Below, piece after piece: positions 8,403 to 9,005 of a stretch of DNA of 9,005 bases. A program made the position numbers and the translations under genes. Origin of the DNA: a virus (lineage: Duplodnaviria > Heunggongvirae > Uroviricota > Caudoviricetes); the IMG/VR virus record IMGVR_UViG_3300000301_000068. One strand, given 5' to 3'. Below the pieces are notes generated by a model that was given only the letters and a program-made list of their open reading frames with translations, had not been told where the DNA came from and made no database searches. Each line of letters opens with the position of its first letter. Position 1 is the stretch's first letter.

Positions 8403-8879
8403 CAGATAGCCGGGAATGTCCTGGATAATGTTCAGACCGATAAGGTGGCGACTTGCGGGTTTGGCATCGGCAATCAGCCGTTCCATTTCCAGATACATCT
8501 CCTCCGTGATGCCGCTTTCCAGCACACCGATATCAAGGCGAAAGGTTCCGGGCGGGTCGTTTGTCTCCCACCATTCCTTTACGTTAATGAGATAGCCGAG
8601 CGGCTCCACCACACGCCGGATTGCGCCTATAGTGCCTTTATGACAGTGGATGAAATAGGCATCACGGATAACGGCGCGTTTTGTCGCTTCCGGCCACTTT
8701 TCATCCCAGCGGTCAACCGAAAATGACCACGCCAGCCACGGCAGCAGATTTGCCGGACAGGTGTCCGGGTTCCACAGCTCACGAATACTGACCGGCGTTT
8801 TTTCAATTTCCGCACAGGCTTTTGCGGCAGCGACTTCAAGCGGTGATGAGCCGGTCGGCAGCAGTCGCGAATCATTCAT
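8403..8879 (-). CDS. I: Baseplate assembly / tail protein I (P2 gpI-like); 3' end hidden in N-run 8237-8402
   Basis: ATG at 8879-8877 with GGAGG 7 nt upstream. MNDSRLLPTGSSPLEVAAAKACAEIEKTPVSIRELWNPDTCPANLLPWLAWSFSVDRWDEKWPEATKRAVIRDAYFIHCHKGTIGAIRRVVEPLGYLINVKEWWETNDPPGTFRLDIGVLESGITEEMYLEMERLIADAKPASRHLIGLNIIQDIPGYL is the visible 159 aa. It sits immediately upstream of H as in P2. The track's continuation through the N-run is not reliable. Confidence 0.8.
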
Positions 8880-9005
8880 CCGAGCCTCCGGTCACGACGC
8901 TGTATTCAGTACAGAAAGACGCCTGCGTACTGTTGAGCACGATGTCGGCCAGTGGTGCAGCCAGTTCGACACGCTGCACGCCTTCCACATGCAAAGCGGC
9001 ATAAA
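8872..9005 (-). CDS. J: C-terminal end of baseplate assembly protein J (inferred from synteny); 5' part outside window
   Basis: Open minus-strand frame reading YAALHVEGVQRVELAAPLADIVLNSTQASFCTEYSVVTGGSDE, ending at TGA 8874-8872 and overlapping the I start by 8 nt (ATGAATGA). Identity as gpJ rests on gene order alone. Confidence 0.5.
   Translation of the reverse strand, partial: YAALHVEGVQRVELAAPLADIVLNSTQASFCTEYSVVTGGSDE

Noticed and set aside
7762-8409. Plus-strand 215-aa ORF, plus ORFs 8138..8428 and 8445..8726
   Set aside because: They are antisense to the conserved H N-terminus and to I, and they run through the N-masked region. They have no RBS context and their composition (Cys/His/Arg-rich) is typical of GC-rich antisense frames.
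1-9005. CRISPR array, tRNA or rRNA genes, integrase or transposase, toxin-antitoxin or other defence cargo
   Set aside because: No spaced short direct repeats, no tRNA-like structures noted, and essentially all unmasked sequence is accounted for by tightly packed tail genes on one strand. The only intergenic spaces (2730-2785 and 4850-4981) are too short for a gene.

Overview
This window is a contiguous tail-morphogenesis module of a P2-like (Peduovirus-type) myovirus prophage or tailocin, probably from an enterobacterial host, and I found no credible novel system in it. Every gene is on the minus strand, in the canonical P2 order J(3' end)-I-H-G | FI-FII-E/E+E'-T. All plus-strand ORFs in the track are antisense shadows of these genes. 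The window holds baseplate proteins J and I, a mosaic tail fibre H with its lambda-Tfa-like chaperone G, an intrinsic terminator, then the sheath (FI), tube (FII), the E/E+E' frameshifted chaperone pair and most of the tape measure T. Nine N-runs interrupt the sequence. Two of them are 10-N scaffold joins flanked by near-identical overlaps whose differences are all synonymous, which points to two closely related element copies or alleles in the source rather than a real tandem duplication. The most interesting biology is the mosaic, lower-GC receptor-binding part of H with an internal ~94-aa tandem repeat and a His-rich HxH tip. No CRISPR, tRNA, integrase, reverse transcriptase or defence-like cargo is visible, and the G-FI junction (the Z/fun position in P2) is empty. 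Gene names are from my recollection of P2-family proteins and synteny; no database search was run.
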